A DNA stretch of 64,000 nt from Octopus sinensis (taxonomy: Eukaryota): assembly GCF_006345805.1 (NCBI RefSeq), contig NC_042998.1, positions 31,682,001 through 31,746,000 on the forward strand, read 5' to 3'. This document shows, piece after piece, positions 39,242-52,976 of the stretch. The position numbers and the translations under genes are program-made. Under the pieces are notes generated by a model. The model ran no database searches and was not told the DNA's origin. It saw nothing but the letters and a program-made list of their open reading frames with translations. Position 1 is the stretch's first letter. Each line of letters begins with the position of its first letter.

Positions 39242-40465
39242 CTATAATGTTAGCGGTGCGACAGTATAGGCGGAACCTCATTTCAATGTGGCTGGACTAC
39301 AAGAAAGCCTTTGACCTTGTCCCCCACTCATCGATGCTAGATGCCCTTCAACTAGCTAAAGTTACAGTGAGCATAATCAAAGCCATAGCTGACCTGACTT
39401 CATTCATGGGCCTCCCTCTTGAAGTTAAATACATGAAGTGATTGTATTATCACTGATAGAATACAGTATCGCAGAGACATATACCAAAAAGTCAGCGTCT
39501 CTGTGATGTTTATACTTTCTGTAAACCCCTTGTCATTCATGCTAAGGAATTCTGAAGGATAACTCACAGGTTCGCAAGGAAACAGAAATACCAAAATTAC
39601 ACATTGTTTCTCTGTAGATGAATTGGAACTATGTGCAAAGAATATGTACGAGATGAAAATGAGCCTTGATCTGGTTACAAAATTCTCAAAGGATACAGAG
39701 CTAGAATGTGGTCAGGATAAATGTTGCGAAATGGTTTTGAAAAGAGGGAAAACTGTAAACCCGACTAGCAACATATCCATTAATAGCTAAACGGTTTCCC
39801 CTATATCTGATGTGGAATATTACAGGCATCTAGGGGTGGATGAAATATATCTTACATTGACACCTATAATAGATCACGTACCACTAAATAATATTACAGA
39901 CGAATAAAAAATCATTTGGACCTCGGAATTCTCTGTATTCAATATAACAGTGACCCTCGTTGTGTTTGTAGTGTCATTACTCATAAAAACATTTGGGCTG
40001 CTTGAATGGACGCTTGATGAGATTCGAGCTATTGATGTGAAAACTCGAAAAATACTAACAAGCCCACATAATTTCCACATAACAGTGACATAAACCGCCT
40101 GTACATAAAATGAAAACAAGGTGATACAGGCTTAACATCAATCCAGGTTATCTTTGAATACCATATTATATCCCTTCGGCAACATCTTTTAACCAACAAG
40201 TGTCGGAGTGTATCCCGTGGCTATGTTTACATACATAAGGCTGATAACATCACGAAACTTGGAAAGCAGCTCCTTGCGGAGCATTCCGTGTCCGATAACA
40301 TTAAATACATGCCCGAAGAAGTCGCATGATTCTACCGCAATATATTGTCAGATGAAAGGATGAGCATATATCGGCAGAAGCCCATGCATGAATATGTTAG
40401 TAGAAAGCTCCATGATGATAGCAACATTGATTATCAAAGCCGCCTGTCATGGCGAACAAGAGATG
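39242..40465 (+). pseudogene. R4/Dong-clade reverse transcriptase relic
   Basis: Broken frames give WLDYKKAFDLVPHS, NTKITHCFSVDELELCAK, FSKDTELECGQDKC..MVLKRGK, FGLLEWTLDEIRAIDVKTRKILT and KPMHEYV. Confidence 0.85.
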
Positions 40466-40469
40466 TTTT

Positions 40470-40672
40470 CAAGACGGAAAATGACCTCCTGCTATCCAAA
40501 GTTCCAGCTGGACCGACGCCACGGTAAGAAACTCAAGGGAGGGAAGCAGCGTCGAACCCCTTCTTTCACTAAAAATCGCGTAAAAATCGTAAGTGAGAAA
40601 GGTGATTGCTCTGGTGGTGCTTCAGCATGGCCACAACTTTTGGGCTTGAAACGTATAAAAGAATATACTTTC
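40470..40672 (+). mobile_element. Unclassified retroposon 3' end with CR1-type tail
   Basis: Ends GGTGGTGCTTCAGCATGGCCACAAC..GAAACGTATAAAAGAATA, similar to the tails of SINE B and the CR1 relic. Confidence 0.5.
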
Positions 40673-40964
40673 TCCTGAATTACTTACTCATTGAAATTAT
40701 TTTCACACTGGTGGCTGCCATGATTCGGCGCAAAACGAATCAGTTGCAGCGCAGACGTCAGCGTGACGGGTTGGGGCTCTCCATCATAGTAACGCGTGCT
40801 GAGGAAGATGAGGCTATAATGCCAGTCCAGAAACCAGTCCACGTGAGTCCAGTGTATTTTTTGCGCCGGTTTAAATAAAAGTTTTGGCTGTTATTTCCAG
40901 TTGGTAGACATGCTTAATTCTAATACTTCAGCAATTTATGTATATTCGAAAACACTTCATAAAC

Positions 40965-41180
40965 ACGCTTGCCCTTAACGTAGGATTCAGTGTGACACAG
41001 AATGTGACAAAGCTGACCTTTTGAATTGCTGGAGTAACTCATTTTTGCCAGCTGATTGGGTTGGAGCAACGGGAAATGTAGTGTGTCTTGCTCAAGGACA
41101 CAACGCGCCGCTGGATATCAAACGCACGACATTTAGATCGTAAACCGAATACCCATACTACGAAGCCATGCGCTTCCACA
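40965..41180 (-). mobile_element. SINE family D head/body joined to a family C-like 3' part
   Basis: Minus strand GGAAGCGCATGGCTTCGTAG...GTTGTGTCCTTGAGCAAGACAC...CAGCTGGCAAAAATGAGT, then TCACATTCTGTGTCACACTGAATC. Confidence 0.65.
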
Positions 41181-41475
41181 CACAAACACACACACACAAA
41201 TATATACATATACGTACACACACAGACACAAACACACACATATATACGTTTACGTACACAAACACATATACATATACGTACACACACACAGACACGAAGA
41301 CACAGACACAGACACATACACAGATACACAAACATATACACTCACACACACACATAATACAGTACACACACAGACACAGACTCACATATATATATATATA
41401 CATATACGTACACACATACAGACACAAATATACAGACATACACTCAGACACACATATATATATACACATATATAT

Positions 41476-41541
<66 letters not shown>

Positions 41542-42074
41542 GCAGAAATATATATATATTCAAGTACAGAGTTATATAAACTTCGTTATTAGCAATGCGA
41601 TACTTTGTGTCGTAATTTGGAAATATGATTTGATATTTATAGTTGGATATGGGACTCATATAAAGAGACTTTGGAGATGAAAGAGTATGAGACGACATTT
41701 ATTTTGTATATGCAGCTTTTAAAATTATATATTCCAAATGACACTGTCTTTGTGAGAGCTGCTATTTGATGCGTATTATTTCACTGGAACGTAGAGCTTC
41801 AATTTCGTTTTTTAGCAATAGGTCCAGTATAGCCGGTTGTGAATTCTTTTAAGTCAATGCATTTACATAATTTCTTTAAAAAAAAACAGATATTAAAAAC
41901 TGAAACCAGAATTTTACATCAACATAAATATTTTAATGAACATTCTGAGGGTATATTGACAGAGGGTTTACGTCACGTTTAATGAAATATTTGATCGTCT
42001 GCTCAAATTCGTTCCCACCATCGTATTTATATATGCCAATTTTAAAAAACTATAATGAATATCATTTTGGAAAA

Positions 42075-42660
42075 AGCGGCGTGTTAACAAAATCGTTTGC
42101 AAACCGCGCCCAAATGCTTAGCAGCATTTCATCACTACGCTCTGAGTTCAAATTCCGCCGAGGTCGACTTTGCTTTTCTTGCTTTCGGGTTTGAAAACCT
42201 AAGTACCAGCTGAGCAATGGAATCTATGTAATCGACTTACCCGCTCCTGCAAGGGTTTTCACCGTGAGCCTAAACGAAAAGCCAACATTTTAGAAAAGTC
42301 GGCGTGCTAGCAGAAGCGTTAGCACGCTGGGGAGGGGGGGGAATGCTTAGCGGTATTTCGTCTGCCGCTACGTTCTGAGTTCAAATTCCGCCGAGGTCGA
42401 CTTTGCCTTTCATCCTTTCGGGGTCGATAAATTAAGTACCAGTTACGCACTGGGGTAGATATAATCGTCTTAATCCCTTTGTCTGTCCTTGTTTGGACTC
42501 TCTGTGTTTAGCTCCTTGTGGGTAGTAAAGAAATAAGTATTTCGTCTGCTGTTACGTTCCGAGTTCAAATTCCGCCGAGGTTGACTTTGCCTTTCATCCT
42601 TTCAGGGTCGATGAAATAATTACCAGTTACGCACTGGGGTAGATGTAATCGACTTAATAC
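42075..42660 (+). mobile_element. Tandem multimer of SINE family A units
   Basis: Three successive bodies. The last unit starts directly at tail AAAGAAATAAGTATTTCGTCTG without a head. Confidence 0.85.
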
Positions 42661-42953
42661 TTGAGAACGGGATAAATCTCATTTGCAGTGTTTTGATCAA
42701 ATACAAGTACGTTGACCAATGCACAGCTTATTGTAGAAAAAGAGTGAGCAAGTTAAACTATGGTGGACAATACTTTGAATATTGTCTCATAGGTCAGCAA
42801 TCAAACCATACCAATTCTGTGTTGGTCTTATTTAATACAGTGTTTTGTTATAAGTTATCTGCATGTCATAAACAAGTGGAATGGGTGCAATCGATTAAAT
42901 TGACTATAGATCTTCAGTAATATCTATCTACCCGTCTATCGATCGATCGATCG

Positions 42954-43070
<117 letters not shown>

Positions 43071-44415
43071 GTATGCATGTATGTCTATATGTCTTTGTAT
43101 GCATGTTTAATCGATACCCAAATGCTGAACAGAAACGTCAATCTTCGTGAGAATATAACTTACACTGTATGTCATATCACACGGTATTTTGCCACTACAC
43201 TTACGATTCTTCCAATCTCCTGCAGTTTATAATCGAATAAAATAGTATTAAATAGAATGTACGAATGTCACTTTCAAAATTTTTGAAGAACATCATTCTA
43301 TCGAAACACTTGACTTTAATATATCCCCATAACTTCTCCATTAAATAATTTAAAATTCAATAAAGGTAAACTCATCGTCAGTGGAATGTCATAAGCTGCA
43401 GATTCGACTTAAATAATATTGTTTGCTATTTGAATCATTTTCGCCTGGCCATTTATTTGCAATGTAAGAAGGTAAACATAGAAAGTAGAAGAAACGTGCA
43501 TAAATCATCGTGACAGTTCATTATCTTCCATCCACTACAAATAACTACATGATATTTGCTTTATATCACGTTTCGCTAATAATCAAGTCTCTAAACGAAT
43601 TATCTAATACTCTTTGCCCAAAATGTAGCTGCCATAATTCTCTACTTCCTTTCATAAACTAAGTTAAATGTGTTAAACCTAGTTACGCACTTAATGAATA
43701 CATCTAAAATACTGATAGACATCAAATGGGAAGTGTGATTACTGGAATCAAAGACATGCGCAGCCCTTCAGGATGTTGAGTCTGTGATCGTTAAGAAAAA
43801 TAAAATTAACTTCACTTTCTGTGAATTAAATTTCGGCGACGCTGATTACAGCCTAGAGTAACAATAATCTTCAAGTATTATTATGGCCTCATTTGAATTC
43901 TGTTTGATTTCCGTGCAAAGTGAGATGTAGGATATATCCCACCGTGTTGAAAAGTCTGTGGTAAACCGTTGGTTAAATGATGAAAGACAAATTTATGATG
44001 AAAATAAAATGTAGTCAAGACAGTTAGTAATAGAATTCACTGTGTTCCATTGATTTTCTATATATATATACTCCAATTTCGAACGTTTCCACACTGTGTG
44101 TGTATGTGGGAGTGCGTGTGTATGTTGTGTGCGTGAAAGAGGAAGAGAGAGAGAGAGAGAGAGAGAGGGGGAGGGAGAGAGAGAGACTATGACTGCGTGT
44201 GTGTATATATGTGTTAGCATATTATTTTATTAGGTCAAAGCCGTGATTTTATTCTTTCCTGCCACCTATTTTCAGTTTCCGAAGAAATCATTTTCCCTTA
44301 TTTTTGAGACTTTAAACACTTTTGACGGAGTAGTTATCTGCCTTCATTTTATTTCTCTTTAAAGTTAACACAATTTTTGCTCGATTCAATGTAAAAGTTG
44401 TAAATCGATTAAGAC

Positions 44416-44451
<36 letters not shown>

Positions 44452-44454
<3 letters not shown>

Positions 44455-46100
44455 TATTATAAAAGGCAGATTTTATCTGCCTCTCTTTGTAACTTATAGA
44501 AATCTACAATATAGGATTTCTTCAATTACAATTTACCTAGCATTTTTAAGAGTAGAATGCATCGGGTATGCCAGGTCCAGTTTTTAAAATTTAAACTCCA
44601 ATTAAGCAAAATTACAGAAAACTCACATTCTGGTGTGTATGTCAAATGCTTTTCTTAATGTGGTTTACACCACACGCACACGCACACACACAGTGTGCAA
44701 CGAATAAAATGAAGTAAATAGCGACAGAGTGATTTGAGAAGACTAAACTGAAAGTATTTAAACCACTACTCAAAAAATAAAAAACACAGCAAACAGAAAC
44801 AAATAAATACATAACGATTTACTCCTCACACAATTTCTTCAATTAGAGTTTACCTAAGATTTTTCAAAGTACTCCATTCGGTCATGCCATAATATATTTC
44901 TTTCAATTTCACCCCCAATTAAGACAAAATTCGAGAAAACTCAATATTTTAACATTTCACTCCGAAAGCATTGATGTACATGTGTGCGTGCGTGAGTGTG
45001 TGTGTGTGTGTGTGTTTGATGGGTTGTGCGACACAGAAAGTGTGGTGTGTAAGTGAAGTGCTTTTGTTAGTGTGTGTAAAGAGACAGAGAGAGTGAAAGA
45101 CAGAAATAACTGAACTTTTTTTATTCACTTTTTGTAGTGAGTGACTGAGAGAGAAAAGAGAGAGAGAGGTTATGTATGTATATATGTATGTATGGCTTCA
45201 GTGACACACACACACACAAAAACACATACCTACGTACACCTAAAGCACGCACACACACACACACACGGAGCGCGAACTTCAAAATTTTGGTAGTATTAAT
45301 TTACAGCGTACTTCTAAGCGCGCGTAATTGAAAGTTTTCACTATGATATCATCACGTGCGAAAAAATTCGAAGGGTTTTGAACAATTCAGATACAGATGT
45401 TACGCCTGTATTGAAACCATTGCTAAGCTGCCGTAATTGCTTAATTAAGACTTTGTTTAAATTGAAAGGAGCAAATATGTGACGAGGTTGGAAAAAAATA
45501 CCCCAGAAAAAAAAATGTACTGCTGGTATTATATAATAATTCACTACTATTTTGCTACAATGTCATGAAAAAGAAAAAATTTAGGTATGTAAATCGAATT
45601 CGCCACCCCCTTTTCCCCGTTCGCGTTTGTGTAAAAAAATTTATTTAAGTTTTAAAAATTATTTACTTTGTTCAAAAAATATTAATATTAATTAATTTTC
45701 AAGAATTATTTAATGTTATTCTGTAAAATAGTAATTAATTCATTTATCTGTAAATCCGCGAGGTTGTACTCAGGCACCTAGAATGGTAACCTTCAACTAA
45801 CACTATCTCCTCCGAGACCCTGCGGCGCAAGTTGACCAAAATTGAGAGTATGGTAGAAGAAGGGTTGCTCTTCCTTCCGTAGAACATAAAATTCAAATCG
45901 GACCATGTTACACCAAAAATTATTTACATCAAAAAGATGCTTTTTTCTATGAAAATGCCTATTTTGTACGATTTTTTCACTGCTGTGTCGCCACTTTTCG
46001 GTGTATTTCGACCAGAAAAATGTTCACAAAATTTTACTTTTCAAAATTACAATTCCAGCGGGTCGAAACAAACCCGAGCAACGCCGGGCGATACTGCTAG
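44452..46100 (+). mobile_element. Non-autonomous Helitron, about 1.65 kb
   Basis: A|TCTTATTATAAAAGG 5' end after (TA)n, 3' CCCGAGCAACGCCGGGCGATACTGCTAG|T, internal diverged duplication and microsatellites. Confidence 0.8.
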
Positions 46101-46121
46101 TATATATATATATATTATATA

Positions 46122-46614
46122 CTAGCAGTATCGCCCGGCATTGCTCGGGTTTGTAAGGGAAATAACTATATAAGCATTTTTAGAGAGTTACTTCCCTTAT
46201 AAATTCGGGCTTTCTTAGCCATTTTTGTTTTGGTGTCTTCAAGCCATGAAGTCGTTGTTCTAAAAGAACGCTGGTTTCCTTCACAACGCATTACGACGTT
46301 GATTTCTTTACACTCCCTTCCCCACAGTTTCACGAGGGAGGGAAGGGGGAGAAGCAAACAGGTGCAGGTGTGACCATGGACGCCAACTCCGCCGCCATCG
46401 ACACACGATGTATTTTATGCATTAAAATGGAATAAAAAATGATGTTAAATTATTTTTAAAATCGTAGACTCATCATAGATGCGCGCTAATACTCAGACGG
46501 GCTCGATATGAATCACGACTATAAGATACCCGAATTTGGTTAAACTGCACCGCAAAATGTGGGAGGAGTTAGGAATCTAAATCGAGGGGACAGACACTCA
46601 CACAACTAGAGTTT

Positions 46615-46626
<12 letters not shown>
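46122..46626 (-). mobile_element. Non-autonomous Helitron (same family as 27834)
   Basis: CTAG 3' end at 46122-46125 with hairpin. Body homologous to 27834-28227, plus an extra internal segment. Confidence 0.85.
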
Positions 46627-46682
<56 letters not shown>

Positions 46683-46789
46683 GTATATATATTAGAAGAA
46701 ATGAGGTAATCAGAAGATCGGATGGTTCATATTTATAGATATTTATTTATATATTACATTTTTTACATATATATATCATATCATTCAGA

Positions 46790-47230
46790 TCATATCATTC
46801 AGATTATTAGCGCTTTCTCCTATTCTAGTGGGGTTTTCAAATCAAATTAATTCCTTTGTGGGGAATTTAATCATTTTATAGAGTTTCGTAGTTGTGGGGA
46901 GGAACAGGACAGTACAAGAGGGTGAAATGGATGAGGAGGAAGTGATAGAGAGAACATGTGTGTATGTATATGTGTGTGTGTGTGTGTTTGTGTGTGTGTG
47001 TGCGCGTTTATATCTGAGGCTAAAGAGAAAGAGGGGAAGGGAGAAGGAAGAAGAAGAAGGATTTCCTTTGGCCTGCTGGACCCCCAAGGGAGTTCTAAGA
47101 AATTTAGCTTTTTGTCCATTTCGGTGTCACTGAGTGTGTGTTGGTGGGTAAGCAGGCCATAAATTACACCTTTTATGATTTTGAGGATGGTCAAATGCCA
47201 TTTGGGGTCTAAGAACTCTTCTACTTTGTA
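46790..47230 (-). mobile_element. Possible LINE ORF1 (gag-like) relic split by microsatellites
   Basis: KVEEFLDPKWHLTILKIIKGVIYGLLTH..EMDKKL and TTKLYKMIKFPTKE; strong purine skew. Family not established. Confidence 0.3.
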
Positions 47231-47682
47231 TGATCGTTTTGTGGAGGTGTGTGTGTGTGTGTTTCTGTGTGTCCGTGTGTGTTTGTGTGTGTGTGTGTGT
47301 GTCTCTGTGTGTTTGGAGAAGGGGAGAGAGACAAACAGAGAAAAGGGAAAATAAAAATAAAAATAAAAATAAAAATAAAAATAAAATAAAAATAAAAATA
47401 AGGGAGGAAATGGAGAAGAAAAAAAAATTTGTGTGTTGATATTTATACCACTACATATATATACACAGACTTATACATAAAATATTTGAAAAAAAACCTT
47501 TTATCGGTTCAAAATGAACAACCAAATTACACCATCTTGAAAATTGTATATCATAGGAAAGTTAAAATTAAAGTAACAATTAAGAAGTAAAGATGGAAGT
47601 AAACTATAAGGATAATAATATATGTATATAACAGGCAATATATACACATACACAGATATATATATATACACAGATATATATA

Positions 47683-47720
<38 letters not shown>

Positions 47721-47728
47721 TATATATA

Positions 47729-48032
<304 letters not shown>

Positions 48033-48119
48033 GGTTACTAAGAATCAACGCAAGTCAGGTTTAGTTTCCAAAGAAAGTTTATGAAAACTCACAGAAAAAT
48101 AAATTATTTGTATGGGTAG

Positions 48120-48807
48120 ATATTCTTTTCTGCTCTAGGCACAAGGCCGGAAACTTTTGGGAGGGGGCCAGTCGATTATATTGACCCTAGTACGCAAGTG
48201 GTACTTAACTTATCGACCCCGGCAGGATGAAAAACATAGTTGACCTCATTGGAATTTGAACTCAGAACATAAAGATAGACGAAATACCTATTTCTTTACT
48301 ACCCACAAGAGGCTAAATACAGAGAGTACAAATAAGGGCAGACAAACGGATTAAGTCGATTACATCTACCCCAGTACGTAACTGGTACTTATTCAATCGA
48401 CCCCGAAAGGATGAAAGGCAAAGTCGACCTCGGCGGAATTTGAACTTAGAACGTAGCGGCAGACGAAATACCTATTTCTTTACTACCCACAAGGGGCTAA
48501 ACACAGAGAGGACAAACGGAGTAAGTCGATTATATCTACCCCAGTGCGTAACTGGTACTTAATTTATCGACTCCGAAAGAATGACAGGCAAAGTCGACCT
48601 CAGCGGAATTTGAACTCAGAAGATAACGGCAGATGAACTACGTCTACGCATTTCGCCCGGCGTGCTAACGTTTCCGGCAGCTCGCCGCCTTAAAGAATGA
48701 AAGGCAAAGTAGACATCGGCAGAATTTGAACTCAGAACGTAGAGACAGACAAAATACTGCTAAGCATTTCACCCAGTGTGTTAACGTTTCTGCCAGCTCA
48801 CCGCCTT
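48120..48807 (-). mobile_element. Tandem multimer of SINE family A (four units)
   Basis: Truncated head unit, full unit, then two head-less units joined at AAAGAAATAGGTATTTCGTCT. Confidence 0.88.
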
Positions 48808-48968
48808 TGTATGGGTAAATATTGTGTGGTACATTAACTATGTAAAGAGAATATATGCGACATGCATATTATTACAATATATACCTGCATACGTACATAG
48901 ATAGATACACACATAGATACATATATAAATAGATACATACACATATGTATGCATATATATATATATAT

Positions 48969-49345
48969 AAATCCTTAAATCCTTTAAAATGTTTTAGCCC
49001 GAAGGCTGCGGCCATGCTGGGGCACCACCGCTGCATGAGCTACACTAATATGTGAATCCACCTCTGATACGTGGCACTTGGTCAACAAGGGAGTTCGATG
49101 CCGCTGCCCGCATCTGTCGTGAGGTAGGTTCATCTGGGACCCCCGACAAGAAGAGATCCAGTTTAGTTTTAAAGAAACCCACATCCACACCATGCAAGTC
49201 TCTCAGGCATTTAGGGAGGATGTTAAAGAGCTGTGGTCCTCTGAAACACAAGATGTTGCAGTATCTGGTCCTGTATTTTGATGGTGATGTTGGAATCTTT
49301 GGCACCATGCAGTGGCGCCCCGTTCTGCGGTTGGGGTAACTTTGA
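48969..49345 (-). mobile_element. CR1-clade LINE 3' end
   Basis: YRTRYCNILCFRGPQLFNILPKCLRDLHGVDVGFFKTKLDLFLSGVPDEP..RAAASNSLVDQ, 3' stem-loop and (AAGGATTT)n terminal repeats. Confidence 0.88.
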
Positions 49346-49436
49346 ATGCCAAAGTTTGGGAATCTTCACGTTAGAGATTTAAATAATTTAATCTCAAAGA
49401 AGCAGTTTATAGAAATTGTATTATTTCTATATTTTA

Positions 49437-49800
49437 CAAGGCGGCGTGCTGGCAGAATCTTAAGGGCATTGGACGAAATGCTTAGCGGTATTTCATTCTT
49501 TCAACTGGTAAAATATGTACCAGTTGAATACTGACTTCGATGCAATCGACAAATCTCCTTCTCCCAAAATTGCTGCCCTTGTGGCAACATTTGAAACCAT
49601 TATTTTTATATTTTATATTTCCAGTTTATTAATTATAATAAGAGATATATTGAACTTTAGTGAGATCAAATTCCGCCGATGTGGACTTTACCTTTCATGC
49701 TTTCGGGGTCTATAAAATATGTTCCAGTTGAGCACTGGGATCGATTTAATGGATGTAACCCCTCCTCCGAACTTGCGTGCCTTATGCCAAAAATTTTAAA
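49437..49800 (+). mobile_element. Degenerate SINE family A pieces
   Basis: AAGGCGGCGTGCTGGCAGAATC.., CAAATTCCGCCGATGTGGACTTTACCTTTCATGCTTTCGGGGTC. Confidence 0.7.
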
Positions 49801-51018
49801 CCAGGAAAATCAAATTATTCCTATAGAATATTTTTATGCATAAAATATTTCTTGAGATCAAGTTAACGCATTCCAAGGAATAAGCGTACTTTTAAATATT
49901 TAATACTGAATTTCAACGATATTTTATTGAATATGTATGAAATTAACCTTTCATTTGTAGATGTTTAAATCTTTAGCTTTATTTGTTTTATTTCATAACA
50001 TAATGTTTTACGAACTATATTTTTGCATTCGAATCTGTTATGTATGTATGGATTCGTGTAACTTGTTTCCTACGCGTTCTCAATGTCTATTTTTTTGGGT
50101 GGTGTACCGAGATACATGCTATGGAAATGACATGCTCAGAAGTATTTATGTAAATGTAATGCTAACAAATCTGTTACATTGCAAGAATAGTACAAAACGA
50201 AAGTGAAATTTGATATTAACATCGTAAATATATTTTTACATTTTATTCTTAGTAGAATATTCTCTCTCTAATAAGATTATCTGTTATTCGTATCAATTTA
50301 GCTAATTCTCATATCTCGTCTTTAATTGTAAGATGAAAAGGAGTTATATTAAAAATTCAAATAAGAATGATTGCTTAAATGCGTACCATTAAATGATCAT
50401 AAGGATATCCTTTAATGTTCATAAACCATAGCATTTAAGTTTAATTATTAATCTCCGCTCAAGGACATCTGGAAATTATTAATTACTAATTTCGCTTAGG
50501 CAATAAAATTTTATTTGAATATTACAATTTGAAGAAAGACGAAAAAAATGTATCGAAATGAATTATTTTTTAATTTAGATATTTTGGGTTTAATTAATAA
50601 TAAAGCTGTAAATATAAATGAAATAACCAAATGTTATATGTAAGGTTTCTTAATTAACCCGAAATCAGTATAACATGTAAGAATTGTTTTTCAATTTTAT
50701 GCTTACAGTACCTTACTAAAGAAATGGTGTTTATGGATAGAATGTTAAATGGGTCCACGAACGCTTTGATTGGTTAACGCTGTTCAGATTAGAAATCGTT
50801 AAACATAACGGTTATATAAACTTAACACAATGTGAGAGTTCATGTCTCAGCGTCTCTAGCCTTGGCCAGCACTCGATCAAAACAGTAAACACTGCTATAA
50901 CACTGATTGTTAGACTCACAATCATTAAAGTTCTTATTAAAAACTCGTATCCCAAAATACTTTAGCCATGAATATCTGGTAATTCACTGCTAAGCTTAAT
51001 TGAGATACAGAATGGAAT

Positions 51019-51130
51019 AAGGCGGCGAGCTGGCAGAATCGTTAGCACGCCAGGTGAAATGTTTAGCGATATTTCGTCTGCCGTTACGTTATGAGTTCAA
51101 ATTCCGCCGAGGTCGACTTTGCCTTTCATC
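51019..51130 (+). mobile_element. SINE family A, 5' half
   Basis: AAGGCGGCGAGCTGGCAGAATCGTTAGCACGCC...GGTCGACTTTGCCTTTCATC. Confidence 0.85.
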
Positions 51131-52281
51131 TGTATGAAATGCACACTCATCTCTACTTTCTGATACGATACTATTGTAACTTTACTTATTCATTCTTTCT
51201 ATACTCCACCAACTGAGAATAATTAGTTGACAATCTGTTTCGAATAGTTAAAACTACAATTTTACACAATGAATATGCAAGGTATTTTAAAGCTATCTTT
51301 GTTAGCATTAAACGCGTAACGGCACTCATTGTTTTCCAAATTTATCCTAATAGCAGAGATGTAAGGTAGTTCATGGAGTGTTATGACAACGTCCGTATTC
51401 CACTGTTACCTATGTCATTGTCCTGAGATGGATGAAAGACAAGTGGGATTTGATCTTAAGATATAACCAAATACACCAAGAATACACTAAGACATTTTGG
51501 TTATCATTCAACCGATTCTGCTAATCTGCCATCCACGTAATGATGCATACTTAAAAGTTCTTAAACATTAGCAATTCTATTAATTCGACACATTTCCAAG
51601 AAAATATAGACTAGAAGTTTAATCACGAAGATAATTTGCCCTGCATTAACCTGCTAATATTTCGAAAGCGTAATATGATCCAGATTAAAGAACTGCGTGT
51701 GATCGTATAAATGTCATGAGTGTTGCAAATACAATATGTTGCACTTGCGTTTAACATTCAACCCAGTAAACTACAAGTTTGCCGTATTTTGAATAAGTGC
51801 ATAGACGTCAGAAAAATGACATCTACCTCAACCTGTAATTATGTGCCCGTTAAATAAATCGATATTTGAGATCAGGTTAAAAAGCGTATGTACAGAAGTG
51901 ATACAGGAAATGTCAAATATGTCATATGATAAAGTATATTTTATAATACTTTCCTTGACGTCACACTTTTAAGAGTTTACAACTTAAGTTTGAACAAAGC
52001 ATAACAAGTGACAGTTACATATCTTCGCATGTGCAACTGTACACGTCTTTGTATTTAAGACGCTTCTATGCACCAAACGCAAGTAATGTGCAACAGATTT
52101 TAAGATACCAGCTTTCAGAACTAATGACTGATGGACATGACAATGCACACAGATACGAACACACACACGTATAATTCAACACAGACATCCTCTATGTGTG
52201 TGTATATATATATATATATATATACATATATATGTATATATATATATATGTATACATATATATGTATATATATGTATATAT

Positions 52282-52364
<83 letters not shown>

Positions 52365-52366
52365 AT

Positions 52367-52700
52367 GTGAAGGCGCATGGCTTAGTGGTTAGAGCGTCGA
52401 GCTTACGATCGTGAGGTTGTGAGCTCGAATCCCGGACCGGGCTGCGTGCTGTGTTCTTGAGCAAGACACTTTATTTCACGTTGCTTCAGTTCACTCAGCT
52501 GTAGAAATGAGTTGCGACGTCACAGGTGCCAAGCTGTATCGACCTTTGTCTTTCCCTTGGATAACACTAGTGGCGTGGAGAGGGGAGGCCGGTATGCATG
52601 GGCGACTACTGGTCTTCCATAAAACAACCTTGCCCAGACTTGTGCCTCAGAAGGTAACTCTCTAGGTGCAAACCCATGGTCACTGACCGAAGGGGGTCTT
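52367..52700 (+). mobile_element. SINE family D (tRNA head plus Meta/V-like domain), full length
   Basis: A box TGGCTTAGTGG, B-box-like GCTCGAATCC, domain TGTGTTCTTGAGCAAGACACTTTATTTCACGTTGC..CACTCAGCTGTAGAAATGAGT. Confidence 0.85.
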
Positions 52701-52820
52701 ATATATATATGTATGTATATATATGTATATATATGTATATTTATATATATATGTATATATATGCATATATATGTATATATATATTATATATATATATGTA
52801 TATATATATGTATATATATT

Positions 52821-52856
<36 letters not shown>

Positions 52857-52922
52857 AATTCTAATGGGCAAAAACTACATAGTGGTTCACGTGCTGGGCA
52901 CTACGTACATGACGTTTACGAA

Positions 52923-52974
<52 letters not shown>

Positions 52975-52976
<2 letters not shown>

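Noticed and set aside
48120-48807. CRISPR-like or satellite array
   Set aside because: Units are about 175-bp SINE bodies without unique spacers, in a eukaryotic context with no cas genes.
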